Origin: the human T2T-CHM13v2.0 reference genome, Homo sapiens
Reading direction: 5' to 3' (one strand)
NCBI RefSeq assembly: GCF_009914755.1
Contig: NC_060931.1
DNA: 64,000 bases
Part shown: in pieces, positions 54,797 through 64,000 of the stretch
How the letters are laid out: every line of letters starts with the position of its first letter
How positions within the stretch are numbered: position 1 is the stretch's first letter
Position numbers and translations under genes: made by a program
The notes under the pieces: generated by a model
Seen by the model: only the letters and a program-made list of their open reading frames with translations
Told to the model about the DNA's origin: nothing
The model's database searches: none

Positions 54797-55932
54797 AATG
54801 TTTTCTCTCTCTGTTTTGTAAACAGTATAATTTTTGGCATAGTTTTCACCACACTCCCTACTTTGTTTCCACTTTGAAGTAATAAAACCTCCTGATAAAA
54901 TATGCTTTTTAAGAGGCCTCTCTAAAAAGAATATGCTTTGGCTTTCTCCAGGCAGTCAGATAGAATATTAAATTAAAGATTCAATTGCCATGGGAGAAAG
55001 AGAAGAAGGAAAAACCACTTAGCACTAACTCTTCAAGTTCATTTTCTTACTTCCTTATTTTGACTGTTTTCCCTTGAACTTGAGATACTGGTTGATTCAA
55101 AAGTGGGGTCATTGACCACATAGGGAAATTTGAATGACAAATCAGGGTTACCTTAATTATTATTTTCTTATCCTCACTTAAAGATACCTGTTCAATTCCA
55201 GAAACTTGAAAAGAACTATTAGATATAAACAAGCTATTCTTCAAATTATTCCACCCTGCCCTTCTGCCCCTTAAAGAAATGCAGCAAGCCAGGAACAGTG
55301 GTTTGTGCCTGTAATCCCAGGAGTATGGCTTGGTCCCAGGAGTCAGAGACCAGCCTGGACAGCATAGCAAGACCCTGTCTCTAAAAAAAAAAAAAAAAAG
55401 AAAAAAAGAAATGCGACAACTTTATGTAGAGTAATCTTTTACTATTAGGAGCACTTCTTAGTATCAGCAAATTTGCTACAAGGAGAAATTATGAGAGGTT
55501 TTGATTTTTGTCAGCCTTGCTACTGCTTGTATGTGACTATACATGAGGTAGAATTCTTTGGTAATTATTGAAAGTTTACTAAATGTATCAACATGATAAA
55601 AAACTAAATATATCAATGATGCTTAGTGGTCAAAGGAACCATTACTTGCAGACTCTCCTTCCGACTCATTAAGTTTTAGAGTAAATGTTTAGAGATAAGT
55701 TATTCAGGTTAATATAGATAAAGATTTTTAAATTAGTTGTTTAATAGATTTCTAGGTTTCTGATACTGTTTACGTTCAAGTGCAAACAATGGCATTGTTA
55801 TGAGGAAAATACTAAACCTTGCAAGATTCTTAGCCCCTTATCCTAATGCTAAAGCAGAGCCTTTTATTTTAAGTTTGTAATTCCATTTATCAAGTAAGAA
55901 TTATTTTACTTATGGTTTTTTCTTCTTCCTAG

Positions 55933-56028
55933 ATTCGTCTTCTGGATGTCTAAAAGCCTCAACTAATCAGGGTGCCATAGATGTTTATGTCAGCCAACTG
56001 GGGAAAGTGGAATTGAAATCCCATAAAG
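55933..56028 (+). CDS. FAM185A: FAM185A coding exon 6 (DSSSGCLKASTNQGAIDVYVSQLGKVELKSHK)
   Basis: ttttcttcttcctag| acceptor, AAG|gttagt donor; 96 nt, phase 1-1; no stop codon, so the gene continues beyond the window. Confidence 0.9.
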
Positions 56029-58371
56029 GTTAGTGAACTGGAATGTTTTATTTTGACATATGATGTAAGGAAGGTTTATGTAACACTCAGGAAACAGATG
56101 GTCAAATTATCTATACTGACATAGTGATTTCAAGAAAATATCTTCTGATAGAACCTAATTTAAAGGCACTGGTCTGCTAGCTTTCTAGACCAGTGATCTT
56201 TACAACTTTTGGGATAGATGGCCATGCAGACTATCTTTCCCTTTGTAGTACAAACAAAAATGTAATATTTTGACTGTTATTATGGAATTTTTAAATGTTA
56301 CTCTGTGGATTTTTCAGTTTATTCTATTCTGAAATAGAATAATCTTTGAAGGAAAAACGCTGCCATACACTCTTTTGGAAGCTTCTCTGCCAGCCTGTAA
56401 AAGGAACTTCTCAGGCAATCAGTGTAGAGTAACAGTTTTCAAAGTGTGATCCTTAAATAAAGGTATCACACAGAAAGGTCCTCTAAAGTGATTACTTAGT
56501 CTCTTGAAGTATCAAGACTTATGATATGTCTCTATCATTTAACTTCTGACACAACTTATTCTGAGTCCAACTCTTTCATTTAAAATGGTATACTTTTCAT
56601 CTGAAAGCTAAATATGAATTTGTCTGTTCTTCTGCACACATGGATGTACACATATGTGTTGACAAGTGGCTTGGGTGAAGTAGGTTGGCCATAGGGGCTG
56701 AAGTGGCTTGGCTGCAGAAAGTTAAGAACTGTAGCTCTGTATAAAAAAATTTTTTTAAATAGTCTAGCAGCTCTTGCATGTTGGCCAGATGTTTAACAAG
56801 GAAAATATTTCCTCACAGAGACTGATTGTTCCTGCTATTAGTAGTTGCTTTACCATATTGATGTAATAGTTTTTTTTAATCCATCTCTAGAATTTGTCAG
56901 TGTCAAAACTGCAAAACACAGAGGTCTGAAACCTCAGTTATTGCTGATACACCGGTGTGACTTCTCAATATCATATTTTCTCCCTTTAAAATAGGATAAA
57001 CTTATGTCCTCACTAAATCTAAGAGCTTCAGGTAATACTCTTCAGGGAAAATTATAAATGGCATGTAAGTCATATAACTGTACTCCATTATTACAAAGAT
57101 CCAAAGAGAAGAGGGATATATTGTTAATATAACTAGTAACAGAGTAAGAACAAAGTTTTGAATAAGCAGCTGTTACATACAAATAATTTAATGTTTTGCA
57201 CAGTAGGCAAAATAAAACAAACAGAAAACTGTAAAACTTTTGAAGATTGTTAGTCTTTATTCATTTAAAATATTTCTTAGTATTATTTGGAATATTGCTG
57301 GAACAATATTGGAATAGTATTTGAAACTATTGAAATAGTATTTGATGTTGCAAAATTTGATTAGGATTACAGTTTTATGTTTTCTTCTACTGGGACCATG
57401 TTACTGGCAAAAGCTTAAAGACAACTGAAAACAAAGATTTCTGTCTTACTTCAGATCTCCGAATTCTCAATACACTTGGTAAGAGTAACTTTTTAAGAGT
57501 AATGGAAAGTTATTCAGTAACTCTTTCTTAATCGTTAGTAAAGACATCTGGAATCCATTCCAACTCTGCCACTGTCTTGCTGTAGGGTTCAGAGCCAGCC
57601 ACTGGAGTCTCTTAGGTCTTCAACATTTTCTGATGTGGAAAAATATATAATGCTTGTTTTCTTTCACCTTATGAAAATTAATATGGTGACCTTCTTAATT
57701 CATTCCAGGCTATGCTTGGGCCTGGGAGTCACACCTGAATCTGAGTACTGACTTTTCTACTTAACATTTTGTCCTTGGGAAAATCACTAATTTTAACATA
57801 ATATGCCTTCAATAAATGATGCTGTTAGTTCACATTTGAATTTTTAAGAGGATAGTACTGATGTCAACCATGAAGAAGTTTATGATGTGAAAAGAGGTTA
57901 AAGAACACAACAAGAGCCCTCCTTTCTAAAAAAGTTAGTGTTAACGATGGGACATTAGGAAGGTTTTCAAGTCATGAAAATTCTTCATTCACAAACAGTA
58001 ATGGAGTTTTGGTAGGTGGTTTTTGGCTTTTAAAGATGTGGAGGGAGATGGGGTAGAAATCTTTGCATTGCTTAACATTTCTAAAGATCTGAAAAATTTA
58101 AGATCATGTTATGCATTTAAGGACAGAGACAAGTGTTCATAAAGTTAGCACACTTGAAACTTGATACATTTAGACATATCAAGCCCTACAAAAAAGTTTT
58201 TAAATCCATGATTTTCTACTTTTGAAAGTATGTTTGGTAGAAAAACGTGTCTTCTATTTATCCTGAAATCTTCCAGGGTTGTTTTTGTTTTGTTTTTTCC
58301 TAAAGCCCTCATATGTTGTTATGGGAATCTCCTGTCTGTAGTTTACATTTGAACCCTGGAAAGCAATTAAG

Positions 58372-58698
<327 letters not shown>

Positions 58699-59352
58699 TA
58701 ATAAAATAAACTAGTTGTAGTAATATGCATTGTTCCCTAATTTTTTTTTAGAATAGAACAGTTTGTCATGCTTATCTCAAACTTCTAGCTCCAGTTAGGA
58801 AGACCAAGAAATTACTTAAGGAAGCTTAAGCTGATGTTAGCCAGATTGGAAGGAAAACCACGACCCATAAGTAAATGCATTCTAAACCCCATCCTGACCA
58901 TCTTTGTCCACAGAGGTGGGGTTAATGCTTTATGGCAGGGGCCTTTTACCTACTTTATTTAATGAAAAACAGGAAGAAAAACTTCTGAAATAGGAGTGTG
59001 TTGGTGAATTTACACTGCAACCCACATAATTCGAAAAATGATTCCATACCTAACAGAGTACTTTTCCTGATTTACTCCTTTAGAAGGTTGAATTACAGCC
59101 AGGTTGTATGGAAATACAGGCTGAGTGTCTTACCTTAGGTATCCAAAAGCCTGTAATCTACTCAAAAGAAACATTAGTGAGTTGGAATTCAAATAATCCT
59201 TTTCTATTGTTATTTTTTGTTACACACAAGGCACATCTGAAAGCACAAGAGCTCAGTGTTCTAGTTGTGTTATAATAATGAGGTCACAAGTCCTGTACTA
59301 CGATGAGGTAGGAGTGTGTGAAATACCATGGTGGTTAAAAGCATGGGCTTTA

Positions 59353-64000
<4,648 letters not shown>

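Overview
Primate, almost certainly human, genomic DNA; not prokaryotic. The central feature is the 5' part of FAM185A on the + strand: a CpG-island promoter at about 27.3-28.4 kb and six coding exons (27873-28323, 30357-30466, 36520-36612, 39929-40067, 51065-51106, 55933-56028) that splice into one open frame of 931 nt (310 codons plus 1 nt). The 3' exons lie beyond the window. The protein has a mitochondrial-presequence-like N-terminus followed by ~18-19 aa beta-strand repeats (DUF4097-like). Intron 1 keeps the frame only through a non-canonical GC donor, which competes with a strong GT donor inside exon 1. Intron 2 holds an RPL7A processed pseudogene. The rest is mostly transposable elements: a full-length L1PA4-like element nested in a twin-primed (5'-inverted) L1PA7-like element that itself sits in an ancient L1M; a second 5'-intact L1PA in intron 6 with an intact antisense ORF0; MER52, MaLR and LTR16A solo LTRs; MER6, MER44 and MER20 DNA transposons; and many Alus. 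I found no convincing wholly new biological system. The best leads are the GC/GT donor competition, a palindromic double ZNF143-type promoter core, a uORF, ORF0, and several templated-insertion or duplication scars. Repeat subfamily names come from recalled consensus sequences and need RepeatMasker/Dfam confirmation.
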